Assembly (NCBI GenBank): GCA_963674755.2
Contig: CAXXVS010000002.1
Coordinates: 1,184,001 to 1,248,000, forward strand
Direction of reading: 5' to 3'
DNA length: 64,000 nt
Source: Desulfobacterales bacterium
Lineage (GTDB): Bacteria; Desulfobacterota; Desulfobacteria; Desulfobacterales; UBA5852
Under the pieces are notes generated by a model. That model had not been told where the DNA came from, made no database searches, and saw nothing but the letters and a program-made list of their open reading frames with translations. A program made the translations under genes and the position numbers. Below are positions 29,135-39,576 of the stretch, piece after piece. Position 1 is the stretch's first letter. Every line of letters starts with the position of its first letter.

Positions 29135-30493
29135 ATGAGCCTTGCCCCACGTCAGAGCGCCCTTGACATCCTCCTGGATGTCGACAAAGGCCCCTCGACC
29201 CTCGACCAACGGATGGACCGCTTTCATCGTGAGAGCCGCTTCGATCGCCGCGATGAGGCCTTTGTGACAGCCTTGGTATACGGCGTCCTGCGCTGGCGCG
29301 GCCGGTTGGACGGCATCATTGCCGGCGCTTCCCGCACCCCGCTTTCCCGCATGGACCCTCAAATTGTCACCATCCTTCGCATGGGACTCTACCAGATCCT
29401 CTATATGGACCGGGTACCCGATTCGGCCGCGGTCAACACCGCGGTGGAGTTGGCCAAAGGATCCGGCAAAAAATGGTTGACCGGCTTCGTCAACGCCGTG
29501 CTGCGCAAGGCTTTGCGAAGTCTGCCGGATATCGCCCAGCCCGCTGCGGATAAGAATAAAGTCCGCCATTTGGCAACGGTTCACTCCATGCCGGAATGGC
29601 TCATCCAGCGCTGGATTGACGCCTGGGGACCGGAAGAGACCACCGCCCTTTGCCAGGCCATCAACCAGATCCCGCCCCTGACCATACGCACCAATACCCT
29701 TAAAATCGATCGCGTCTCGTTGATACAGCGGATGGAAAGCCTGGCTGAAGCGGTGAAACCCGCTTCTTTGGCGCCGGACGGCATCATTCTGGACGGCTTA
29801 AAAAAGTCCCTTTTCGAGGAGGCCGCCTTTGAGAAGGGACTTTTTCAGGTGCAAGACGAGGCCGCCCAGGCCGTGGGCTATCTATTGGACCCCCGGCCCG
29901 GCCAGCACGTATTGGATGCCTGTGCCGGCTTGGGAGGTAAAACCGCCCATACCGCCGCCCTTATGGGGAACCAAGGCACAATCAAAGCCATCGATCGCGA
30001 TAGCCGCAAGCTTGCCAAACTGGATCGGGAAATGCGGCGTTTGGGCATCGACATCGTGACTTCCCAGGCGGTAGACCTGCAAAAGGGGCCACTCCGGCCT
30101 CAAGATTGGGGACAGTTCGATCGTATTCTGCTGGATGCCCCCTGTTCAGGTCTGGGCGTCATTCGGCGTAACCCGGACACCAAGTGGTCTCGCACGGTTC
30201 AGGACATTGGGCGCTGTGCCGCCAAGCAAAGACAGTTGCTCCATCATCTGGCGCCTGTCCTCAACCCCAGCGGCATCCTGGCTTATGCGGTCTGCAGTAC
30301 CGAAGCGGAAGAAACCCAGGCCATTATCGACGCCTTTTTGAAAGAACGCACGGATTTTGCTATAGACGGGCCGCCGCCGGACTTCCCGGCTTCCTTGCGG
30401 CCTCTGTTGGACAGACAGGGCCGGTTGCAGACCGCTCCCCATCGAAACGGTACCGACGGATTTTTTGCGGTCCGCCTGCGCCGTTGCCATTGA
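29135..30493 (+). CDS. rsmB: 16S rRNA m5C967 methyltransferase
   Basis: NusB-like N-terminus, [21 protein letters not shown]. Confidence 0.94.
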   Translation: MSLAPRQSALDILLDVDKGPSTLDQRMDRFHRESRFDRRDEAFVTALVYGVLRWRGRLDGIIAGASRTPLSRMDPQIVTILRMGLYQILYMDRVPDSAAVNTAVELAKGSGKKWLTGFVNAVLRKALRSLPDIAQPAADKNKVRHLATVHSMPEWLIQRWIDAWGPEETTALCQAINQIPPLTIRTNTLKIDRVSLIQRMESLAEAVKPASLAPDGIILDGLKKSLFEEAAFEKGLFQVQDEAAQAVGYLLDPRPGQHVLDACAGLGGKTAHTAALMGNQGTIKAIDRDSRKLAKLDREMRRLGIDIVTSQAVDLQKGPLRPQDWGQFDRILLDAPCSGLGVIRRNPDTKWSRTVQDIGRCAAKQRQLLHHLAPVLNPSGILAYAVCSTEAEETQAIIDAFLKERTDFAIDGPPPDFPASLRPLLDRQGRLQTAPHRNGTDGFFAVRLRRCH

Positions 30494-30515
30494 CGATAGA
30501 AAGGATTTGTCCACC

Positions 30516-31172
30516 ATGAAACTGATTGCCCCCTCCATCCTTTCGGCTGATTTTGCGCGTCTCGGAGAAGAAATCAAGGCCGTCGAAGCCGCCGGCGCGG
30601 ACTGGATCCATGTGGATGTCATGGACGGCCATTTCGTCCCCAACATCACCATCGGTCCCCTGGTGGTAAAAGCGGCCCGTCGATCCACTCCCCTGCCCCT
30701 GGACGTCCATCTTATGATCGAAAACCCGGACCGCTATATACCGGATTTCATAAAGGCCGGCGCGGACCTGCTGGCTGTGCATGTAGAGGCCTGTCCCCAT
30801 CTGCATCGCACGATTCAGATGATCAGGGAAGGCGGCATACGCCCCGGGGTGGTGCTCAATCCGGCCACCCCGTTGAGCGCGATCGAATGGATCTTGGAGG
30901 ATGTGGACGTTGTCATGATTATGAGCGTCAATCCGGGCTTCGGGGGTCAGAAATTTATCCCTTCTTCCCTGGAAAAAATCCGCCAGTTGCGGACCATAAT
31001 CGATGACCGCGGCTTGTCGACACTCATTGAAGTCGACGGCGGGGTCAACACAAGCACGATCGGCGATGTCGCCAAGGCTGGTGCGGACGTTTTTGTGGCC
31101 GGCTCGGCCATCTATGGTTCAGAGGATTATTTGGCCACCATCGGCCGGTTCCGCGAACTTATGAAGGGATAA
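30516..31172 (+). CDS. rpe: Ribulose-phosphate 3-epimerase
   Basis: [31 protein letters not shown]. Confidence 0.96.
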   Translation: MKLIAPSILSADFARLGEEIKAVEAAGADWIHVDVMDGHFVPNITIGPLVVKAARRSTPLPLDVHLMIENPDRYIPDFIKAGADLLAVHVEACPHLHRTIQMIREGGIRPGVVLNPATPLSAIEWILEDVDVVMIMSVNPGFGGQKFIPSSLEKIRQLRTIIDDRGLSTLIEVDGGVNTSTIGDVAKAGADVFVAGSAIYGSEDYLATIGRFRELMKG

Positions 31173-31284
31173 TCATCTCGCCCTCATTGCGGTATCGTCC
31201 TCTTTGTCAATGCGCGCCTCGACACAGCATGTTGGGTGAAGATCAATATGAAAACCGGCACTTGTTTCAAACAGTCAAAACAAG

Positions 31285-31863
31285 TTGGCTGATTCGATGA
31301 CGCCCACGAGCCGTCTACAACATAGCAAGCCTAAATTGCGGCTATTCATCTTCCTGCTGGCGGGGATCATTTTTTCCAACAGCATGATGCTTTTGCTCCC
31401 GATCTATGGTTCAGACGCCCTGAGCGATTCTGCAAGACTCCAGCGCATCATGGCCATGTACGCCAACTATCGCAAGGCTTTTGCCGGGATCCAAGAAATC
31501 GAGGCGTCCGCGGCCATCGAACTAGTGGGTGATCCGGAAGTGGTGTTCGTCGATGTACGTGACCCCGAGGAGCAGGCGGTTTCCATGATTCCCGGCGCTG
31601 TCACCAGCGAGGTCTTTCTGGCCGAGCCTGACCGTTACCGCGACCAGCGAATCATCGGCTACTGCACCATCAGCTTCCGCAGCGGCAAACTGGCCGTCAA
31701 AATGGCCCGCAAGGGCATGACGATCGTCAATCTCAAGGGAGGCCTTTTGGCCTGGGTGCACGCCGGAGGAGTCTTGGTGCGCGGGTATAAACCGGTGACG
31801 CAGCTGCATGTTTACGGTCGCAAATGGGATCTGGCCCCATCGTATATCAAGAGTGTCTACTAA
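31285..31863 (+). CDS. Rhodanese-like domain protein (exported or membrane-anchored)
   Basis: FVDVRDPEE..VSMIPGA, YCTISFRS, NLKGGLLAW. Confidence 0.8.
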   Translation: MADSMTPTSRLQHSKPKLRLFIFLLAGIIFSNSMMLLLPIYGSDALSDSARLQRIMAMYANYRKAFAGIQEIEASAAIELVGDPEVVFVDVRDPEEQAVSMIPGAVTSEVFLAEPDRYRDQRIIGYCTISFRSGKLAVKMARKGMTIVNLKGGLLAWVHAGGVLVRGYKPVTQLHVYGRKWDLAPSYIKSVY

Positions 31864-31910
31864 GTGCTCCTGCAATAACACTGTAGAAAAAGATAGTTCT
31901 GCTTGATCTA

Positions 31911-33131
31911 TCAATCGATGAACTTCTCTAGTATTTCGGGTGGGAGCTTTCCCAGATAAACCATATCGCCAATAACATAGGCAGGGGTACCGGGGATTCT
32001 CAGCGCCAATCCCGCCTGGATATCTTTCATTAGCTCATTGCGCAAGTCAATGCGATCGGTGAGCGCTCTCACGAGTTCGGTCTTTTTTAAACCGACCCGA
32101 TCGGCCAGTTCCTGCAAATCAATCGACTTGCCGTTTGCCGCCATAGCGAACAACTGATCGTTCATCTCCCAGAACTTTCCCTGTTCGGCGGCGTATAGCG
32201 CGAGTACGGCCAGCTTTCCAGCCCCCTCGTGGAAAGGTTCCTTCACCATAGGATTGACTTCGTGATCCATGGGGAAATGTCGATGAATAAGGCGGATCTT
32301 GTCCGGGTAGCGGGCTATCAGCATACGCAAAAAGTAGTGCATCTTGCGACACTGAAAGCAAAGATAATCGGTGTATTCCGTAATCTCCAGTTCAGGGGAA
32401 GCAGCGCCGATCCATGGATGGCCGTCCTCTGTGTATCCCGTCGATAGCGAAGTCTTCGGCAATTCCGCCGCGTAGTTCCAGTAGTCGGGATAGAAAATGA
32501 CGCCGGCAACGGTTACGGCCGATACGACCAGAATGCCGATTCGCCATCCGGGCGCATGCCATAGGTGGAGAAAATCCCGCCGCATTCCTATCCACAAACC
32601 GGGAAGGTCGAAGCGTCTTTTAATGATCCAGGTGCTGAACAAGAGCAGCAGATTGATCCCGTAGCTGACAATGCACATAATGCAGTAGCTGCGGATGAGG
32701 TACGAGGAGATGAATGCCAGCACCAGGCTGTAAAGCGTAAAGATCAGAGCCAAGAAAAAGAGCGCGTTCCAACCCTGCATCCCGTCTTTGCGTTGACGCC
32801 ATGCAAAAAAAGCTAGCGCGAAAAACAAAGCATAACCCAACACCCCCCAGACCGGTACGGGCACGCCCAAAAAAATTGAAAAGGAACTCTGGGAAACGGT
32901 ATCGCAGTTAATGGCCTTGGAGATGGCGCAAAAACTGCTGTATCCAATATCCACGTAGTTGCGGTAATGGGAGACGGCGAGGTAAATCGAATCGGCAAGA
33001 CCCGCGATTGCTAAAAAGATGACAGGCCAGCAATAATAGCCAAATGGGAGCGGTGTAATGGCTTTTTGGGTTCGCATAGAAAGGGGCTCTGCAATGAATC
33101 GTGAAGGGTTGGTACTGTTTCTTAGGTCCAT
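31911..33131 (-). CDS. VKOR-DsbA/thioredoxin fusion
   Basis: SFCAISKAINCDTV, YCIMC (VKOR CxxC), DYLCFQC and GTP (DsbA-like). Confidence 0.88.
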   Translation of the reverse strand: MDLRNSTNPSRFIAEPLSMRTQKAITPLPFGYYCWPVIFLAIAGLADSIYLAVSHYRNYVDIGYSSFCAISKAINCDTVSQSSFSIFLGVPVPVWGVLGYALFFALAFFAWRQRKDGMQGWNALFFLALIFTLYSLVLAFISSYLIRSYCIMCIVSYGINLLLLFSTWIIKRRFDLPGLWIGMRRDFLHLWHAPGWRIGILVVSAVTVAGVIFYPDYWNYAAELPKTSLSTGYTEDGHPWIGAASPELEITEYTDYLCFQCRKMHYFLRMLIARYPDKIRLIHRHFPMDHEVNPMVKEPFHEGAGKLAVLALYAAEQGKFWEMNDQLFAMAANGKSIDLQELADRVGLKKTELVRALTDRIDLRNELMKDIQAGLALRIPGTPAYVIGDMVYLGKLPPEILEKFID

Positions 33132-33215
33132 TCGTTAAATTGGACTATGGAGTGTTTTTACATGAAGATATCCTGCATTTCAACCAGCGTGCTAAGGGCT
33201 ACCCGTTCATCCAAT

Positions 33216-33249
33216 AAGAGAGGGAGGGCGTTGCCGCCCTCCCTCTCTT
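33216..33249. terminator. Intrinsic terminator hairpin after the pilin gene
   Basis: AAGAGAGGGAGGGCG-TTGC-CGCCCTCCCTCTCTT, a perfect 15-bp stem. Confidence 0.75.
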
Positions 33250-33284
33250 TAGTGCTGGATCAGGTTCTGTAAACCAAACCCTTC

Positions 33285-33674
33285 TTACTGGACGTTGAGC
33301 GAAAAGTTGTTGGAGCCATCCCAGCCCTGTACGGCAGCCTGGTAAGCCGCCGGGCAGCGCTGGCTGCCATCGGTAACAACGACCTGCATGTTGTCGATGG
33401 TGCCGTTCCAGGCAATGGTGTTGGTGCCGGAAAGGTCCCAAGTTCCGCTCGGGGGAACCGGAGGATAAGCGACGTTGGTCGGAATCGCATAATAGTCCGC
33501 CGCAATGGCCACGGCCGAGTGGGCGTCATTTTCTGCGGCCGTGCAGAAGGCCTTGTTACGGTAGGAAATGAAGTTGGGGATAGCGATCGCGGCCAGGATA
33601 CCGATGATGGCGATGACGATCATGAGCTCGATCAGGGTGAAACCTTCTTTGTTGCTTCTCAGTTTCTGCAGCAT
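33285..33674 (-). CDS. pilA: Type IVa major pilin
   Basis: [27 protein letters not shown] prepilin motif. Confidence 0.92.
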   Translation of the reverse strand: MLQKLRSNKEGFTLIELMIVIAIIGILAAIAIPNFISYRNKAFCTAAENDAHSAVAIAADYYAIPTNVAYPPVPPSGTWDLSGTNTIAWNGTIDNMQVVVTDGSQRCPAAYQAAVQGWDGSNNFSLNVQ

Positions 33675-33803
33675 GGTTAATTCCTCCTCTAAAGGTGTTA
33701 AAAAAACGTGGTGAAATTGGGTTGACGAATGTCAGCTGCCGCTGGATTAAGTGTGGCGCGTTTTGTTGCGCCGGGTACAACCTCATTCGTTGGGCTGTGT
33801 TAA

Positions 33804-33819
33804 AGCAATCCGTGTGCCA
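33804..33819 (-). promoter_or_regulatory. Sigma54 -24/-12 promoter of pilA
   Basis: TGGCACACGGATTGCT on the minus strand matches the TGGCAC-N5-TTGC consensus. Confidence 0.88.
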
Positions 33820-33927
33820 CTTCATATCATCGCAACCCACATTTCTCTATCGGCTTGTATTTATTTCACAATCCATTCTCGGACGATCAAGCGCCCTTTT
33901 GAACACAGTCAAATACCAACGGTCTCT

Positions 33928-33963
33928 TGACGCAAATTGTCAGCGCCTTGACATTTTTTGTCA
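33928..33963. promoter_or_regulatory. Tandem enhancer boxes (probable PilR UAS)
   Basis: TGACGCAAATTGTCA and TGACATTTTTTGTCA, starts 21 bp apart, ~110-145 bp upstream of the sigma54 site. Confidence 0.65.
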
Positions 33964-34184
33964 TGGCGTGCCTTTTTATGCACACAAACCGCATTTTGAA
34001 ATACATATATTGTTTCTTTTTAGTAAGTTAAAGAATGTTAAAAATCATGGGATTCCGCGTGGTGGGAGGTAAATCTCTCTTCGGGAAAGCCAATAACAAC
34101 AGTTGGATGGTTGTGAATAAACCGCACTAAAATGGTCGGTAAATCAAGGGGGCTTCGAATGCCTCATAGGGCCGTCCAGCTATC

Positions 34185-35579
34185 TCATTTGTCATCCGCC
34201 ATTTTCCCCAACCGGTGGCGAAAAGAGCGGAAGGTAATGCCCAACAGTTCGGCCGCACGATTTTTGTTCCCGTCGGAGATCTCCAGCGCTTTCTGAAGAT
34301 AGGCATACTCGATTTCCCTAAGGATCACGTCCAGGGCCACGCCCTTTTGCACCTCGTCCAGATCGTAGCGCTTGCCCTCCACCCCTTCGATCCAGCGGCG
34401 TTTGTGCACCGAAAGGGCCAGGCTTTCCGGCAGGATGATATTGGTGCTGGTCAGGGCCACCGAGCGCTCCATGAGGTTTTCCAATTCCCGCACGTTGCCG
34501 GGGAAATCGTATTTATTGAGCAGGTCGACGGCATAGGATGAGATCTTTTTAATCTCCTTACCCATTTCATGGGAGTATTTGTCCAGGAAATGCTGGGCCA
34601 GGGCCTTCAGGTCGCCCTTGCGCTCCCGTAGAGGCGGCACCTTGATTTCGATGACATTCAGGCGGTAGAAGAGGTCTTCCCTGAAATTCCCCTCGATGAC
34701 CTCCTTGGCCAGGTTTTTATTAGTGGCCGAGATGATACGGCAATCCACCTCGATATCCTGGTTGCTCCCCACCGGTTTGACCGTCTTTTCCTGGACGGCC
34801 CGCAACAGCTTGACCTGCAGGGGCATGTTCAACTCACCGATTTCATCGAGAAAAACCGTTCCCTTGTGAGCGGCTTCAAAAAGGCCCTTCTTGTCCTGGG
34901 TGGCGCCGGTAAACGAGCCCTTGACATGCCCGAACAGCTCGCTTTCCATCAGGGTCTCCGGGATACCACCGCAGTTGATCGCCACAAAGGGGTTAGGCGC
35001 CCGCTCGCTCTCCTCGTGGATGGCCCGGGCGATCAGCTCCTTGCCGGTGCCGCTCTCACCGGTGACCAATACGTTGGTGCGGGTGGGCGCGACCTGGCGG
35101 ATCATCTTGAAAATGTGCATCATGGCCGGGCTGTTGCCCACGATCTTTTTGAAATGAATGGTCTTTTTCAGCTGGTCGTCAATGCTTTCCTTTTCCTGCT
35201 CCAATGTCTTCAACTCGAGGGCATTGGCGACAGTCGTCTTCAATTCGTCGTTGTCAAAGGGTTTGGGCACATAGTCGTAAGCCCCTTCGTTCATGGCCTC
35301 CACCGCGACTTCGGTGGTGACATAGGCGGAAATCATAATCACGACCGTATCCGGATTTTTGGCTTTGGAGACCCTCAAAACATCCAAGCCGGTGATATCG
35401 CCCAACCGAATGTCGCAGATCAACAAGTCAAACCGGGTCTCATCGAGAAGCTTTATGGCCCTTTTACCAGATTCGGCGCAGGTCACATCATAGCCTTGCT
35501 TGGTCAGAAGGTATTCGAGCATTTCCCGCATACTCTCTTCATCGTCCACAACTAGAATGTGATATGCTGCTTTCGCCAT
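34185..35579 (-). CDS. pilR: Sigma54-dependent response regulator (PilR-like)
   Basis: REC domain, GESGTGKE, GSFTGA, FPGNVREL, Fis HTH; adjacent to pilA. Confidence 0.85.
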   Translation of the reverse strand: MAKAAYHILVVDDEESMREMLEYLLTKQGYDVTCAESGKRAIKLLDETRFDLLICDIRLGDITGLDVLRVSKAKNPDTVVIMISAYVTTEVAVEAMNEGAYDYVPKPFDNDELKTTVANALELKTLEQEKESIDDQLKKTIHFKKIVGNSPAMMHIFKMIRQVAPTRTNVLVTGESGTGKELIARAIHEESERAPNPFVAINCGGIPETLMESELFGHVKGSFTGATQDKKGLFEAAHKGTVFLDEIGELNMPLQVKLLRAVQEKTVKPVGSNQDIEVDCRIISATNKNLAKEVIEGNFREDLFYRLNVIEIKVPPLRERKGDLKALAQHFLDKYSHEMGKEIKKISSYAVDLLNKYDFPGNVRELENLMERSVALTSTNIILPESLALSVHKRRWIEGVEGKRYDLDEVQKGVALDVILREIEYAYLQKALEISDGNKNRAAELLGITFRSFRHRLGKMADDK

Positions 35580-35726
35580 AATAGGTTTGGTCCCCTGGCT
35601 AACGGGTTGCAAGATTGCTTGAGATTGTTGGCAGAATAGACCGATGTGCGATGCTTATAGGAGCCCCGGGTGAACCATTCTTCTCAAATTCTCATAATGA
35701 TTTATACCCTATGCCCCGACGACACG

Positions 35727-37013
35727 CTAAGCCTCGACAAGCTCATACACCACTCGTCCTGCGACGATCGTCATAACCGCCCGGCCTTTAACCTGCCAGC
35801 CGTCGAACGGGCAGTTCCTGCTCAGGGACTCGAACCGCTCGGCGTCAATGGTAAATTCCAGATCCGGTGAAACGAGGGTGACATCGGCTGTCAGGCCGGT
35901 ACGCAGCCCATGTTCCCGCCCGATGATACGGGCGGGACCGGTGGCCATCAATTCCACCAGCCGTTCCATGCTGATCACCCGATCATGGACCAGCTTCAGT
36001 GCCAGCGGGAGCGAGGTTTCCAGACCGATGATGCCGTTGGCCGCCTGATCGAACTCCACCAATTTTTCGATGCTGGAATGGGGGGCATGATCGCTGGCGA
36101 TAGCATCCAACGTGCCGTCGGCCAGCCCCTTCCGGATCGCCTCCCGGTCTTCCCGGGAGCGCAGCGGAGGGTACATCTTGGTGTTGCTGTCATAGTCGTT
36201 TACCGCATCGTCCGTCAGCGTGAAATAGTGCGGCGCGGTTTCCGCCGTCACACAAATCCCGCGGGCCCTGGCCTGCCGGATACATTCGACGGCTTCCGCC
36301 GTGCTGACATGGGCGATATGCACATGCCCGCCGGTAAGGGCGCCAAGGGCAATATCACGCATCACCATAACGGATTCGGCAGCATTGGGAATTCCGGCCA
36401 GCCCCAGTTGCGTGGCCATCCGGCCTTCGTTCATGGCGCCGCCTTCCGCCAAATCCGGATCCTCGCAATGGGACATCACCGGCATGCCGAAACCGCGGGC
36501 ATACTCCAAGGCGCGTCGCATCAGAAGGCTGTTGGCGACGGGGCGCCCGTCGTCGCTGAAGGCCACGGCACCGCATTGCTTCAATTCGGCAAACGCGGTA
36601 AGCCCCTCCCCCTTCAGACCCGGACTGACGGCGGCCACCGGATAGACACGCGCCGCTCCGGCTGTCTCCGCCTGGGAGAGAATGAACTCCGTCACCTGGG
36701 CGCAGTCATTCACCGGATTGGTGTTGGGCATACTGCAAACAGCGCTGAAGCCCCCCGCAGCGGCGGCGCGGCAGCCGGAAGCAATGGTTTCCTTATATTC
36801 ATGTCCGGGTTCTCGCAGGTGCACGTGGAGATCGATCAATCCCGGCGCGACCACCAGGCCGTGGGCATCGATGACGCGGCAGCCGTCAGGCGGGGCATCA
36901 CCGCCGCTGCCGAGGGTGAGCCCCGCGATCTTTCCGTCCTTGATATACAGGTCGCCCACACCGTCGCAGTGCCCGGGATCGATGACGCGTCCGCCTCGTA
37001 TTAGAATATCCAT
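35727..37013 (-). CDS. pyrC: Dihydroorotase
   Basis: DLHVHLREPG, MPNT, ASDHAPH. Confidence 0.94.
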   Translation of the reverse strand: MDILIRGGRVIDPGHCDGVGDLYIKDGKIAGLTLGSGGDAPPDGCRVIDAHGLVVAPGLIDLHVHLREPGHEYKETIASGCRAAAAGGFSAVCSMPNTNPVNDCAQVTEFILSQAETAGAARVYPVAAVSPGLKGEGLTAFAELKQCGAVAFSDDGRPVANSLLMRRALEYARGFGMPVMSHCEDPDLAEGGAMNEGRMATQLGLAGIPNAAESVMVMRDIALGALTGGHVHIAHVSTAEAVECIRQARARGICVTAETAPHYFTLTDDAVNDYDSNTKMYPPLRSREDREAIRKGLADGTLDAIASDHAPHSSIEKLVEFDQAANGIIGLETSLPLALKLVHDRVISMERLVELMATGPARIIGREHGLRTGLTADVTLVSPDLEFTIDAERFESLSRNCPFDGWQVKGRAVMTIVAGRVVYELVEA

Positions 37014-37014
37014 C

Positions 37015-37929
37015 TCATTTTCCCCCTAACACGAGGTACAGCAGCGCCATACGGACGGCAACCCCATTGGTCACCTGCTCCAGGATCACGGAGAAAGGAC
37101 CGTCCGCCACTTCCGGCGCGATTTCCACCCCTCTGTTGATGGGCCCCGGGTGCATGATCAGGACATCCGGTTTGGCCTTTTTCAGGCGGGTTAGGTTCAG
37201 CCCATAGACATTGGCGTATTCCCGTTCATTGGGCATGAGAAAGCGCCTCTGCCGCTCTTTCTGGATCCTAAGCATCATGATGACGTCGGCTTCGGGAATG
37301 GCGGCATCCAGGCTTGCGGCAACAGTGGCGCCCATCGTTTCAATCCCCATCGGCATCATGGTCGGCGGTCCGGCCAGGACCACCCTTGCCCCCATTTTCT
37401 GAAAACCGACGATATTGGAGCGGGCCACCCGGCTGTGGGCGATATCGCCGACGATAAGCAATGTCAGCCCGCTCAGACGTCCCTTCTTTTCCCTTACCGT
37501 CATCATGTCCAGCAGGGCCTGGGTGGGGTGGGCATGCATGCCGTCCCCGGCGTTGATCACCCGCGCCTGGCAATGTTTGGCCAGCAGGTGCGGTGCGCCG
37601 GCGGACGAGTGGCGGATGACGATAATATCCGGCTGCATGGCTTCGATGTTGTGAACGGTGTCCAGCAGGCTTTCGCCTTTCACCACGCTGCTGGTCGCTT
37701 TGGAAAACGACAGGCTGTCGGCACTCAGCCGTTTGGCGGCAATATCGAAGGACGATTTGGTGCGGGTGCTGGGCTCGTAGAAAAAATGCACGACCGTTTT
37801 GCCTCTCAGGGTGGGCACCTTTTTAATGGCCCGCCGGGAGATCTCCTTCATTCGCACCGATGTATCCAAGATCTGCTTGATATCGCTCGACGATAGAGAG
37901 GCCATATCGAGAATATGCTTGCTGTGCAT
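37015..37929 (-). CDS. pyrB: Aspartate carbamoyltransferase
   Basis: EPSTRT, HPTQALLD, HPGPINRGVE. Confidence 0.95.
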   Translation of the reverse strand: MHSKHILDMASLSSSDIKQILDTSVRMKEISRRAIKKVPTLRGKTVVHFFYEPSTRTKSSFDIAAKRLSADSLSFSKATSSVVKGESLLDTVHNIEAMQPDIIVIRHSSAGAPHLLAKHCQARVINAGDGMHAHPTQALLDMMTVREKKGRLSGLTLLIVGDIAHSRVARSNIVGFQKMGARVVLAGPPTMMPMGIETMGATVAASLDAAIPEADVIMMLRIQKERQRRFLMPNEREYANVYGLNLTRLKKAKPDVLIMHPGPINRGVEIAPEVADGPFSVILEQVTNGVAVRMALLYLVLGGK

Positions 37930-38153
37930 GCCTCTAGTCCTTGTCTGCGGAGGAAATAAAGAGCAAAAGGATTTGATACCCTGCACATAAAACTGAAGGC
38001 CGACCGAAGGCTGCGGCCTTAGGTCCGTTGATAACAGACCGTTAGCGACCTTAAAGCCCGCAGCGCATCAATAGGGCCGTCACCCATTTGGTTTGTCAGA
38101 CGGCCGGTAATTCGGCTGAGCAATTCCGGGCCTATCCTGGAACGGCGTCGGCA

Positions 38154-38885
38154 TTAGTGCAGTATCTTCCCTATTCGATTCCAGCGAACGTTGAAATCGT
38201 CGCTGTCCCACGACCAATAAATCATAAAGGCTTTGCCCCGCAATTTGTCGTAAGTGACAAACCCCCAGAACCGGCTGTCGTTGCTGTTGTCGCGGTTGTC
38301 GCCCATGACGAACAGGCTGTTGGGCGGAACGGTAAGCGAGGCGAAGTTGTCACGGGGGGAATATGCCGCCGGGATCGTGTAAGGGTCCTTGTGGATGGCA
38401 TAGGGGTTGTCCTCGGGCTTGCCATTCACGAAGACTTGCTTGTTGTGCTCCTCGACAACATCACCGGGTATGCCCACCACGCGTTTGATATAATCCACTT
38501 TCGGGTCGCCCGGGAATTTAAAGACGACAATATCCCCCCGGTGAGGTTCTTTGACCGGAATCAGCGTCTGGTTGGTGAAGGGCATGCGAATGCCGTAGAT
38601 AAATTTATTGACCAGGATATGGTCCCCGATGAGCAGGGTATTCTCCATGGAACCGGATGGGATTTTAAAGGCTTGTACGATAAACGTACGGATGAAAAGG
38701 GCCAGCACGATCGCCAGCAGGATGGCTTCAACATTCTCCCTGATGCGGGATTTCTTTTTCGGTTCGACGTTGTTTTCATGAGATAGGGTTTTGGCTTTCA
38801 ATCGCTTGAAGATCCTTCCATTGAAGACGTCTGATGGTCTCTTATCCAGTGTCCGCCCAGAGGCATAAGATTTTGTTCCGGTCAA
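38154..38885 (-). CDS. lepB: Signal peptidase I (true start probably further downstream)
   Basis: IPSGSMENTLLIGD, YIKRVVG, GDNRDNSNDSR. Confidence 0.93.
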   Translation of the reverse strand: MTGTKSYASGRTLDKRPSDVFNGRIFKRLKAKTLSHENNVEPKKKSRIRENVEAILLAIVLALFIRTFIVQAFKIPSGSMENTLLIGDHILVNKFIYGIRMPFTNQTLIPVKEPHRGDIVVFKFPGDPKVDYIKRVVGIPGDVVEEHNKQVFVNGKPEDNPYAIHKDPYTIPAAYSPRDNFASLTVPPNSLFVMGDNRDNSNDSRFWGFVTYDKLRGKAFMIYWSWDSDDFNVRWNRIGKILH

Positions 38886-39086
38886 AAACGCCGCGAATCG
38901 TCCCGCGCGGCAGGACTTCCCGTCTGATCCGACCCCGCCGGGGCGGCACCCGACGGCGTAACCGCATGAGTAATGGCGTTGCGGTGCCGGCTATGGCGGG
39001 GATTTCCAAAAAGCGATAATACCGACCGGGGCCGAAAGACGCCATCGCAGGAATGGGCACTAGTTTATAAAATCAAGGGGGTCCCG

Positions 39087-39545
39087 TCATAATATCCAAC
39101 AGCCTGCGCGTATCACGAGGTTGGCCAGAATTCCGGCCGCCACATCGTCCATTACGATACCGATCCCCCCTTTGAGGTGCCGGTCCAGCCATCCCACGGG
39201 AAACGGCTTGAGAACATCCAACAGGCGAAACAGCATGAAGACGGCAGCAGCAATCGGGGCGGTGAAGGGCAGCCCTGCGCCGGCAATCAGAATCCCGGCG
39301 ATTTCATCGATGACGATACAGCCGGGATCTTGGACGCCCAAAATGTGTTCGGCTTTATGCGCCACCCACACCGCCAGGACACAAAAGGCCAGCAGAAACG
39401 TCACCAGCAGGCTGCCCGGCCACCCGGATACGCCCCACACGAGGACCAGACCCAGCAGCGAACCGAAAGTACCCGGCGCTCCGGGGAGCTTTCCGACCCC
39501 TAAGCCTGTAGCCAGCAAGACAATCCAGCGCTCGTGGAAAAGCAT
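39087..39545 (-). CDS. pgpA: Phosphatidylglycerophosphatase A
   Basis: APGTFGS, DPGCIVIDE, FRLLDVLKP, MDDVAAG. Confidence 0.93.
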   Translation of the reverse strand: MLFHERWIVLLATGLGVGKLPGAPGTFGSLLGLVLVWGVSGWPGSLLVTFLLAFCVLAVWVAHKAEHILGVQDPGCIVIDEIAGILIAGAGLPFTAPIAAAVFMLFRLLDVLKPFPVGWLDRHLKGGIGIVMDDVAAGILANLVIRAGCWIL

Positions 39546-39576
39546 GGCCCGTCTCTATATCCAGCGATAGTATTTG

